Below are positions 1-11,200 of a stretch of 64,000 bases of DNA, one piece after another. The position numbers and the translations under genes were made by a program. The notes beneath the pieces were generated by a model, which ran no database searches, had not been told where the DNA came from, and was given only the letters and a program-made list of their open reading frames with translations. Each line of letters begins with the position of its first letter. Position 1 is the first letter of the stretch. Source of the DNA: Gonapodya sp. JEL0774 (taxonomy: Eukaryota); NCBI GenBank assembly GCA_027604505.1, contig JADIIX010000109.1:1-64000 (forward strand), in the 5' to 3' direction.

Positions 1-498
1 CATGGTTTGCAATCCGCCGGCGAGCAAACCAGAGAAACTCACCTTGCCTGTGACTCCCCGGTTCCTCAAAGCCCCTAATACATGCTCCGCTATGTTCGCT
101 TCTGTGTGTGTCTATCATGAAAAATTGTGGTGCAAAGTTCAAGCCCACCTTCAAAGAGGCTGGTTCCAGGGTCCTAAAACCACTTCCACCGAGAGAACTT
201 CTTTGAAACATGACAGATTGCCATGAAAGTTTGCATCGGGACTGGGCTGTACTTATCTCACAACTTTGTCTGCTCAGAATGGCTGATATCAGTGCCTGTC
301 ACATGTTTTTGCTGTCAGAATGGTCATTTTTTCACCTCAGCCAATTGTCTTAAATTTAGTAGCTATCCATTGATTGTGTTGATAGTAGAAAGGGAATTAA
401 CCTTGACTCAGGAACTTGCAGAGGTGGCAGAAAAGCTTGAATCAACCCTTACCAACTTGACCACAGTCACAGTGTAGCGCAATAGCGCACTTGAGATT

Positions 499-1336
499 GT
501 GGAGTGCATCAAGCAGATAAAAGTGTCTGAAGAGAGGACATCCAGTTTCTGGAAGTTCAAATATGAAAATATGGAAAAGGTCTTCAAAAAGGGGAAGCAG
601 ACCTTGAAATCTGTGAGAAATCAGTTGGCTCATGTGGAGTCAAAAAACATAGAAATGAGAGACCTTCTCGCTGCAAAGGAGGAGGAACTACAGGTGGCGA
701 GAAAAGAACACAAAAATTTTATTTTGCAACAGAAACAAGCTTCTGATCATCGCTTACAGAGGCATGAGAGAGATGTGCGTACACTTGATGTCTGGGGAAC
801 AGAATTGGCACAGGATATCGAGAATTACCCTGAGAATGTTCTTCCCGGTGATGAACCCAATAAAACTGCTGGAGGAAAAGATAAAACAGGTACGTTGACT
901 CAAACGTTCAAGTACCAACAACATGGCATCAGCTGACATTCACGAATGGCATTGGCAGCAACTTTCTGAACATTTTTCAGAAGAAAAGGGGGCATCAAAA
1001 CACAACGCCGCTCTGAGGGTATTAGCAGTCTCCCAAGGAGGGTCAAACCAGAGTTTTGACAGAGGGTCAACATCACATCCAATGAACCCTACAGAAAACA
1101 ACATTATAGCACACCAACCTGCCAAAGTATCCAGGCTGGGAGTCTCTACCACTGTAGTGCAGTTGCACGTGAGCTTGGAGAGGTCAGCGCCAGAGACTGA
1201 TGCAATTCGCAAGAAACCAATGAACACAATACCTGAGTTGTCACCGAACAAGGAAAGTTGTCTTTCTGCATATGATTTGGAGGAGACCCTCTCTACATTT
1301 CCTAAATTAAACGGAACTCCAGAAGAGAAGATTTGA
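499..1336 (+). other. Short coiled-coil and low-complexity ORF fragments in CpG-poor DNA; possible degraded gene or transposon remnant
   Basis: 145-aa and 137-aa adjacent ORFs in different frames, no recognisable domain. Confidence 0.2.
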
Positions 1337-3187
1337 TCCATATGGTGGTTTATGGAGGATAGCACGGCACGATACAATGGAGTGGAAAAATCATTGATCC
1401 ACTTGACAAACTGCTGTGGATTTTAGAGGTACTCATTTTAACAGAAAAGAAGCAGCGTATAAATCCCCATTGAAGAAGAACTCGAGGTTTCTTCTGAATG
1501 TTTTCTGTTTAGTTCAAGGCATCTGTGGAAGGGATGGCAATGGCACCATGGAAAGTTTTTTGAGACACAAAAGGATAAGTAGGGATGTCATGTCCCACAC
1601 GGAGCAGAGGGCAAAGCTGAATTCTGTAGAGACCGCCACACTGTGGGTCACATTTGGACACTTGAGCTTCCCTAGTGGGTTCCTACTGGAATGGGGCAAA
1701 GTTCTAAAACTTGCTTGACTGTGAATTAGTGTATGTCATCATGTCAACTGTGTCAATTGTGACAGCATCAGATGAAAGGGTCACCTGAAGTCTGAATGTT
1801 GAATATGCAGTGAACATAATCACAGTCCGACCGGCAAAAACTCACGCTATCGCCTGCTGCAACACACCATCGGAATCAGCTTAAATTTGTGAAGTTAAAA
1901 ATGTAGAGCACCCAGCGGTACAGCGAAGCGTTGATGATTGGGGAAAGAAGCGGGGTTCAGTAGTGAGTTTCACTGACTGACCCGCAAACTTCCTTATGCG
2001 TTAACTGTGATGTCCCGTACTGGACCTGACCGGTAGATGTAGGACGGGGATCTGATGTATGTCTAGATTGTACAGTACCTATGACTACCTGCATCTATCC
2101 CTCGACTGTGGTCAACCCTGGTGCCAGTACACCACATAACTACCTTGGAAGACACAATTTCATCCCTGGAATCCAACATTGAGACAGCGGCACTCTATCT
2201 TCTGCACCAACGCTGCAGCATGGCATTGTAGTGGGGCTGTCGCTACGTATCGGTCTCAGCCCTCTATGACTGGATGGTGGCCTAGTGCTAGGCCTAGAGT
2301 GTGAGATGATGTGAAGTGTGATCTTATTTTTTGGTGCTAGTTGTGCCTTATATACATGTGTAGGCTGTGGTCATGTGCAAGGTGTCAATACCACAACAGC
2401 ATGATGTTCTTGGTTTGAGACACTTCATACTCACAGTACGGAGTACTCCATCCAGGAAACCTGGAGCAACAGTTCATCTCCAATCATGATGATTGTCCGA
2501 TGCAGAACGGGGAAAGTCACGCGTTTGCAAGGAACACGCTGTCACCATCAAGAAGGACATCACCTGCGCTATAGACGCATACATTGGTCCAACAACCTGA
2601 GAATATTCTGTGGAAGGAAAACTCGCTTGGAGATGGATGCCGGATGGTCCCGCCATTCATGATGGCGAGATCGAGTCAACGTCTTGCTGTGCTCACGGAC
2701 CCAACCCCTGAAATTGTACTCATTCCGCTGTCATTCTGCAGTGCAGCTTCTTCATGAATCTCATCAAAATCAACAACAGGACGAAACTCGAGTGGAGATG
2801 GGAGTGTGTGAAAGTTGCACCGTGAAAGTGACGGGTGAATGGGAACAAGAGGGGGTGATTAATTCATATGTCACTCTACAATTGTAGCTCTCATCAGTGC
2901 TCTATTGGTTATGTCTACGTAGTTGAAATTGCGACGAAAATCATGCCAGGACTCACCTCCATACCTCACAAACGTACCTTCAACAGCCCACAATCCCAAA
3001 ACGATGCGGGCGAAGGGAAAACCTAACACGGGGAGAGCCCGACGGAACCGAGCATCCGTCGCGAAATCAAAAGTGGGGCACGGGAGTGGGGTCGACAGAG
3101 GCGGAGGCAGGGGTGGCCGCGTCTGAAAGGCTGGGCCACTTCTCTGCAATTCTCAATTCCCAGCCTTCCCCAGCATTCCCAATAAAT

Positions 3188-5548
3188 ATGCCTGACGACG
3201 GTATAACCCTCAAGTATGTCATCCCCGAGTCTGAGATGCCGTCTTCGTGGTACAACATTCAGGCAAGTATAAGCAGATCTCTGAACCACCCCCAACTCAA
3301 AGCGTTACCACGCTCCTTGTTTTCCAGGCGGATTTGCCAGTACCTCTTCCTCCGGTTCTGCATCCAGGAACCCACAAGCCCGTTGGGCCGGCGGACTTAG
3401 CGCCATTGTTCCCGATGGAGGTAAAACGTGATACACGTTTCCCCGAATCGCCATCAAAACAAATATCTTTTTGTAATCGATTGTGCTCCAGCTCATCAAA
3501 CAAGAAGTTTCAACAGAACGATACATGTATTTGTTTGGCCTCGCGGATCGGTGATCCAATCACTTATGTTAACAACCCTTTACTACAGTCCCATCCCAGA
3601 GCCAGTCCGTGATGTGTACAGACGCTGGAGACCAAGCCCCCTTTACAGGGCCAGGGCATTGGAAAAGGCGCTTGGGACCCCGGCGAAGGTCAGTTCACTC
3701 TTCCGTTAGGAATATGATGTGCCAACAACCACAGCTACGGAACTGAGAAAACTTCGAGCGGCAGTATCATATCGTGTGGAACAGAAATCGTTCAGTGGTG
3801 TCGTGCTTGACCCACTATTTCCGGAGCCCATTTTAATTCCAATCACCTCTATTTTGATGTCCTCTCAGATCTATTACAAGTACGAAGGTGTTTCTCCTGT
3901 AGGCTCTCACAAGCCCAACACCTCGGTGCCTCAGGTGTACTATAATAAGATGGAAGGCGTGAAGAAGGTGACAACGGAAACTGGCGCGGGCCAGTGGGGT
4001 GGCGCCCTTTCCTTCGCCGGGAGCATGTTTGGTGTCGAGGTCGAGATATACCAGGTGAAAGTTTCGTACGAGACCAAACCCTACAGGAGATTGGCCATGG
4101 AGACTTGGGGTGGAAAGTGCTTCCCAAGTCCGAGCGACAAGACTGATGCAGGCAAGAAAATTCTGGCAGAAGATCCCAATTCCCCCGGGGTGAGTGGAGC
4201 AGGGCGTAGTTGCTGTTGTTGTTTTGTACAGAGCTCTTTATCTGAACTGCTTTTTATCGTACGACGGCCATCTTTCTCGCACCATATTGAGTCTCTCGGA
4301 ATTGCAATCTCGGAAGCAGGTTAGCTGAATGCTTTTGCAAAATACCGTTGTTTCGTCCTCTGAATAACCACGTCCGTTGGCAACTTTTTCAGTCGAAGCT
4401 TGCGTCAAGCAAGGCGCGAAATACTGCCTCGGCTCCGTCCTGAACCACGTACTCATGCACCAAACCATCATAGGGTTGGAATGCCTTAAACAAATGGCCA
4501 TAGCTGGGGATTACCCTGATGTTATCGTGGGTTGTACGGGTGGTGGCAGTAACTTCGCTGGTATTGCCCTGCCATATTTGGGGGAGAGATTCAGGAAGCA
4601 AGCGCCAAAGGATTTTAGAGTCGTGGCTGTAGAGCCGTCAGCGTGTCCAAGCTTGACGAGAGGCCGTTATGCGTATGACTTCGGTGACACGGTTGGCTTG
4701 ACTCCCCTCATCAAGGTGCGTGAATAACATCACCTGTGCGATTTCTGGTCATATTTTTACCTTGTAGCTTGTTTTTGGTGCTACTCAGTCTCACACCCTC
4801 GGTGAGTGTCGCGTTTTGCCTCACATATTTACCTCGATCTGTAGTCTCATAAGCTTGCTGTTCCATCATCATATTTTGGCAGGACATGACTTCATGCCAC
4901 CCTCCGTCCACGCTGGTGGTCTACGCTACCACGGCATGAGTGCCAGTACGTACGCCCAAACTGCTGGGACCACTTGAATGGTCGCAAACAACTGACAAAT
5001 GTTTGTATCTCTAAGTCGTGTCTCACCTCAAGGAAATTGGAGAAATTGAAGCGATTGGTGCGTAGCTGATTCATTGAAATTGTTGGCGTAACTAATGTTT
5101 TCCAATTGAATGACCAGCTGTCGGCCAAAAGGAGTGCTTCGAAGCTGGTGTCCTGTTTTCTCGCACAGAGGGCATCTTGCCGGCTCCCGAGGCCAACCAT
5201 GCTGTGCGTGGGGCAATTCTTGAAGGTAGGAGTTGGCTTGAAGAGTGATTTTCAAAAACCGAACTTTCAAATGCATTAACAGCCCTCAAGTGTAAGGAGA
5301 CTGGGGAGAGCAAAGTTATACTCTTCAACCTTTGCGGTCATGGATTCCTTGATTTGCCGGCTTATGACAAGGCGAGTCATTGCGAGTGGTCCCCAACAAT
5401 CCATTGGGTGTGGCCATTGTCAACTCACTGTTTTCCCTTCATCCAGTTCAATAGCGGACTACTAGAACCAGATGCGACGCTCTCTGAGGAAGCTCTCGCG
5501 GCCGCTCTTGCCAAGTTGCCCGTTGTGGAGGAGCCACTGAAAGCATGA
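3188..5548 (+). CDS. trpB2: TrpB2-type (tryptophan synthase beta chain-like) PLP-dependent enzyme, about 13 exons
   Basis: Manual splicing rebuilds the TrpB2 motifs: [50 protein letters not shown] (PLP lysine), [110 protein letters not shown] at 3188, TGA at 5546-5548. Confidence 0.93.
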
Positions 5549-5842
5549 CTCTTCTCCTAGGAGCAACGATATTATTCCTCATCATACTAAAAAAGGCAGA
5601 CAAAACTCTCTCCTACAGTAATGAGATTCGAAAATGATAGCAACATTAACCAGTTTATTGGTAGAGAGCCTTCAATCCAGTTGACCCATAAGTTTGATTG
5701 CCCTCCGTTCCTGTCTGTCCCGATGACCAGTGCCGCACAATGTTTCAATCCAGAGATTGTCAACAATGTCCCACAGATTAGGGTAGTGACTTTATGTGCA
5801 AGAACACTTCTACCGGGACAAGTAAATTTGGTTACCACTAAA

Positions 5843-7345
5843 TCAGTATTGAGGGGTCCATGTCCAACGCCCAACAGAGTCTCCACTTGACCCATATACA
5901 TTCTTCTTTGTCAAATACTTCAGACCTCGTATGAATTCAACATGATAGCCAGGTGCCCCGAGCACTGTTTGATTTTTGTCAGGTCTTCTTTGGGCGGAAT
6001 GCGGAGGAATGTCTCGTTCTTGTGACCACTCATCTCCCACAAAGTACACGCAATTGGCTGGCACTGCGCGAACGAATGACTCCCATTCGGCCAAGAAGCT
6101 CTTATTGTAACGAGGAGGTAAACTGAAGTCAGGTATGCGAAGTGAAAGGTTATTGCCAAATACGTTCATTTCCGTTTCGAATGTCCACCCCTCCAGCACG
6201 AGGACTTTGATTGAAGGGAAAAAATGTCGAAGTAGTGCAGCAAGAGGAGATAGTGCAAAGTTTGCACGCGTGAAAAGGACGTCGTTTGAGGAACTGGCGT
6301 GAATCCATGATCCGAACCAGCCAATGGAAACGTGAAGAGTTTGAATTTGACGGAATGTGCGATCCACATCAACCAAGGTTCCACTTGAACAATCAACAGA
6401 AGTAGCCCCAATGAGAATAAGCTCCCTTTCCAGCCTCTCGGGAGATCCTCCTGGGATGGTGCCCAGCTCCACAATGTTTGGAAAACGCTCCAGAAGAGAT
6501 TCGACAAAGCCACCCCACAACGAACCGCGAAATCCCGCTTTTGAGCCCCTCTCAAGCTCGCACAAGCTGGGCCACTGATCCTTGGCCACCAATAGAACTT
6601 TGAGTCTATCACAGAACGGCCCAAGTCCTTCAATTTGATTGAAAGTCCGAAATCCGCGAAAATTGATCGCCAGCTTTTCCAAACTCGGGAATCTCGCTAC
6701 AAGGTCCCTGATTGCAGAATCGTCTCGCCAATTCCACCAGAAATTACCTGTACGATGTGCGTAAATTTCAAGTTCTGTAACTGACTGCAGCCTAACTTCA
6801 CTTGGAAGTTTTGCAGTCCAAAGAGAGGGTTGAGTGACAACTCCGACCCCTCGAGGACTTGAAAGATTTAATGCGAAAAGTTCACACATAAGATTGATCT
6901 CCTCTTCCGGTGGATGCGTGTGTAGCTCATTCCAGTCCGAGTCGTGTCTGAATCTCAGATCCCCAAAGCCGACCGACTGAATGGGTGGACAAAATGTCAC
7001 TCCTTTCGACAAGCACCACCTCGCCCACAACGCATTTAAAAGGGCATCCCTATCCCTGGCAGGCCCAATGAGCAACTGTGGTGTCCGCCCAATGTTCACC
7101 TGGAGGTTGAAATACAGTGAGCCAATCCGTGTCCCCCGCAATTGAAATGACGAGCAGAAATGAACAGAGCTGAGAGCCGTTTCCCCACTGATCACGATAT
7201 TGAGTATGACTGGGAACTTCCCATCAGAGAGCAGACCCTGTGATGCATCCCGCCATTTCTTGCAGGCCCGAGCAGCCACTCCGATTGCTTCGTAGGGAGA
7301 AAGGTAGAGAAAAATTGCTGCTAAAAGCTCGCTAGGCATACGCAA
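5843..7345 (-). CDS. F-box domain protein with degenerate LRR-like C-terminus
   Basis: 500-aa intronless ORF. The N-terminus MPSELLAAIFLYLSPYEAIGVAARACKKWR fits the F-box consensus, and FPSLEKLAI, FPNIVEL and FPSIKVLVL are LRR-like segments. First ATG is at 7339; an upstream exon cannot be excluded. Confidence 0.7.
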   Translation of the reverse strand: MRMPSELLAAIFLYLSPYEAIGVAARACKKWRDASQGLLSDGKFPVILNIVISGETALSSVHFCSSFQLRGTRIGSLYFNLQVNIGRTPQLLIGPARDRDALLNALWARWCLSKGVTFCPPIQSVGFGDLRFRHDSDWNELHTHPPEEEINLMCELFALNLSSPRGVGVVTQPSLWTAKLPSEVRLQSVTELEIYAHRTGNFWWNWRDDSAIRDLVARFPSLEKLAINFRGFRTFNQIEGLGPFCDRLKVLLVAKDQWPSLCELERGSKAGFRGSLWGGFVESLLERFPNIVELGTIPGGSPERLERELILIGATSVDCSSGTLVDVDRTFRQIQTLHVSIGWFGSWIHASSSNDVLFTRANFALSPLAALLRHFFPSIKVLVLEGWTFETEMNVFGNNLSLRIPDFSLPPRYNKSFLAEWESFVRAVPANCVYFVGDEWSQERDIPPHSAQRRPDKNQTVLGAPGYHVEFIRGLKYLTKKNVYGSSGDSVGRWTWTPQY

Positions 7346-7620
7346 AGCAGGGCAATCTCGACGAGTCCAAGCTAACGAACGAGGTCATCAATGCCTCGCT
7401 CTTCATTGACTTGCATCTCCTCGGTAACAAGTACCTTTCACCAAATTGGACAGAGAAAAAATAAGCCCCAGTCTCATTGGAAGCGTCGAAGGCATTTTGT
7501 TAAGAAAGAATGGATAACTCGGGAAGAATGTGCCGAAAGGTTTGACCAAAGCAAGGGACAGAGCCCTTTCAATGTAGTCTGGGTGCTCCATTCGCGTACT
7601 CCGGGGGTTGTGCAACTTTG

Positions 7621-8041
7621 TTTGTGAGCAAAGTCCAACCGACCTGCGTAGCGTCCGGAACAACTTGACAGTACGGAGAAACACTTCTAATTAATAAAGT
7701 CCATGGAGAATCAGACGATTGACCTAAAACTTTGCAGCAGTGTGTCTTAACACTTATCTCAGGACTTTGCTGACTCAATTCCTGGAATTTCGTTCTCGTT
7801 CCCTCTCCATCGTCTTCGGTGTGTGCATGCAACTGCTGTTATTGGACAGTTGACATCATCACCAGGAGCCGTAAATTCCTGATTCTGAGTCGGCAAAGTC
7901 CTGAGATAAGTGTTAAGACACACTGCTGCAAAGTTTTAGGTCAATCGTACGATTTTCCATGGACTTTTATTAATTAGAAGTGTTTCCCCGTACTGTCAAG
8001 TTGTTCAAGCCTCCGGTGGGAGGCTGGACTTTGCACACAAA
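7621..8041. repeat. Long inverted repeat (foldback or MITE-like): arms ~7621-7790 and ~7873-8041, spacer ~80 nt
   Basis: 7715-7770 is the exact reverse complement of 7893-7948 (56 bp). Similarity continues with mismatches out to TTTGTGAGCAAAGTCC (7621) and GGACTTTGCACACAAA (8041). Confidence 0.9.
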
Positions 8042-8229
8042 ATGTTCGGCGGGGCCCACTGGAGGGCGAGCTTCCAAGCCTACTTTCAATGACCCCAACC
8101 GATTGCACGCATGTTCAAAAAATTATTATGAAATGTCATTTAATGTGTCTGTAATGGTACTTTAAATGGAATGGTACCAAACCCACGCTACTAGAAATGG
8201 TGCATCAATGTCATTTAGTCACGGAAAAC

Positions 8230-11200
8230 TCACAATCCGGCCAATCCGCCGTTGCCATTCGCAATACTACGCAAACTTTGGCTCGTGCCGCCAACACCAG
8301 TCACACTCGCTCTGGTTCCCTTCCTAGCACCTGATAATGGCACTCCAGGTAGTGCAACCGAGTATGTCGATCCTCCTGCGAGATTAACTCTGCTCCCTGC
8401 ACTTGCGAAGCTGGAATGCCCACTTTCCTCCTGAGATTCACCAGGGAGTGTCGGGAGTGGAATTTCATTCACTGGTATCTTCACACTGTCGCTGATCTTC
8501 TCCGTCGATTGAGATTCAACGTCTGATGAGTGCTTCAGCAACTTTGGTGATATCCGAGTAACAAGGGTCGGAACTATCGTTGCAGAACACATGGGGCACT
8601 GAGGTGTGCGTTCCAAGAACTTGCAGAACTCAGAGAAGAGTGCACAGAATTCGCAGGTGGGACAAACAGACCAGTCAGAGGCAACCATGTGGCGGCCCTG
8701 GTGATACAGCAAAACGCATTACCAGACAACATCTAATGGAGGACAGTCAAACCGGTATTTCCTACCGTTACAATGCAATAAGGAATGTGGTTTTGACACT
8801 CTGTACAGTCCAGAGCAGTTTCTGGAAGCAGAGCATCACAGTAAGGACATGGTGACCTTGGCTCTTCGACTTCATCTTTCTCTGGCCGCCTTGCATGATG
8901 GAACAGTTACACATCATGTGTTCAGCACGAAGTCATTGTTTGGAGTTCCCCTTACCTAACAATCTGCTCAATTTTCTTCTTGTATTTAGCATCGACTGAT
9001 TGCCGGTATTCTGGTCTCATAACCATCGAGGCAAACTGTAGGGCGGACCGCTTGAGGCCAGAGCGGTAGCATTCAACCACCGTTGAGGTGAGAATTGGTA
9101 CAACGTCTGGACGAGATAGGGTCCAAAAAAAGAGGAACTAGTTCGTTTCTGAACTGATGCACCTACGTGCTGGAAACTTGCTGATATTGTTGGCAACACG
9201 AATGAGCATTCGTGATGCCTTCTCATGTTCCTCCATTTTAACGAGAATCTTATTTCAGAAACGGATTGATCAACGATCATGTAGTACCCGATCTCACCAC
9301 GGAATCCACACTCACCTTGACGAGTACATAGCTGTGAAGAAGAGCGAGCATTCGTTCCAATTCAACTGGAATGCGAAGATTCACGCTCTGAAGTTGCCGG
9401 TAATTGTCTAAAAGCAAGTCGTGAGCAGTCCGATAATTCCCTTGTGCCTGTTCGTCACGCGCAATTATAATGGCTGTTCGCGCTGCGTCTCCGTATTGAC
9501 CAAGAGACATGTAAAGCTTAAAAATAAATTTGGCATCCTGATACCAATCGCACGTACTGTCTAAGCTTGGACTGATCATTATGTGTGCAGTGATTTCAAA
9601 CGCACCTTCGGAACTCCATCAGTGTCACCCATGAGGTAATCAATTAAAATCGCCGTTAAAGCGTCGTCTTTTGCAAGACCAATAGTTTCGATTGCCAGTT
9701 CCACCGCAACAGGATCGTCCGGTGGTGCTTGAAGTAACATAGACAATGCCCGATGATATTCCCCTGTATGCATCAGCAGTTTTCCCGCATGAAGGAACTC
9801 GTGGCTCGCCTCCAGATGAGTTGTTATTTTTTGAACTGAAAGTCAAGATTAAAATTCACATTGAAAACGAATTAAAATTAGATAAAACAAACTCACGAAG
9901 TTGGAATGTTCCCTCGTCCTTCACCAAATCCGCCAAAAACTCCATGATATTATGTTGCTTCGTGATCAACGTTACCTAAACTGGAACGAGTAAGCATGGT
10001 ACAGTGCGACGCTTACTTGTGCAACCGTAAAGGCCTCCTCATCCATTCCTGCCGCGTGACAGAACTCGACAACTGATTTGTAATCCTTCACCATACCGAA
10101 AAACCTCGAAACTATGCGAGCGCCCTCTTGTGATTTCGTGTTTCGGACAATCCTCACTGCCTAGGTACAGATGAGGTTCTTTGAAGTATAATTCTGCTCG
10201 AGGTCCGACACACCAAAGGAACCTACCGAATCGATGTCTCGAAGAGTATCTACGTAAACTCTCACGGCTTGCTCCCAATCTTTCGCACGTTCGAATGCTT
10301 TGGCGGCTTCAAGAGCTTGCCCCTCCGCTTGAATGCCACAATGAGATTCTGATTTAGCACAGGTGGCACAGATTTCACACTCACCTTCTTTCACATTTGC
10401 ATATTGTCTCAGAACTTTCTGAGAGTTGATCTTATCTAGATATTCTGTAACACGGTCCGCACTTTTCGCTGTTCAAAAGAGATACACTTGAGCCGCCCGG
10501 TGAGAGAGAAGACCAAAATTACGCAAACCTTTCAACCAAAGCTCCGCAGCTTTTTCCCACTGTTGTGCTCGTTCGTAAAGCTGGGCACCATCCTCATACT
10601 GCTTCACATTATCAAGAACCCCGGCGCAGTCACGAAGGAGCTTGATGTCAACAGAACCATCTAGCATTTTCAAACCTCGGGCGATATCACCACAGCGGAA
10701 CGTCATTCTTGTGAGGCCGGCAGAGCAAGTAATTTGGTGTAAGATTTGCTTGCTTGGATGTCCAGTGAAGTCAGTAACTGTGCTCAGGGCGGTTTCATAC
10801 ATTCGCAGAGCCTCGCCAAACTTTCCTAAGAGGTTCGTAGAACTCGTTAAAGCTCCCTCCTACCACTACATTATACATAATGACAAACCTTCGAATTCAA
10901 GTTGTTGTGCATATTCCTTGGCGATCGTTGTAATTTCCTGCGGTTTCAATTTCTGAGCAAGGGTCAGCGCCTGCTCCCAGTGGCGAAGAGCTTTTTTCAA
11001 CTCCACGGCTTCACCAGGGTTCTCTGAGAGAAGATAGAGCCTCTGGGCATCATTGTTTTCTTTAAAAAAGCAGTGAATATGGCCTGCGAGCTCAAGATGA
11101 TCTTGTGCTTGCTCTATCCGCTCAAGAATAAGAACGGAGGATGCGTCTTTTAACTGGCGGTAAATTCGTTTCGCGACGCGCAGGTCAAGGTTGCAGAGGC

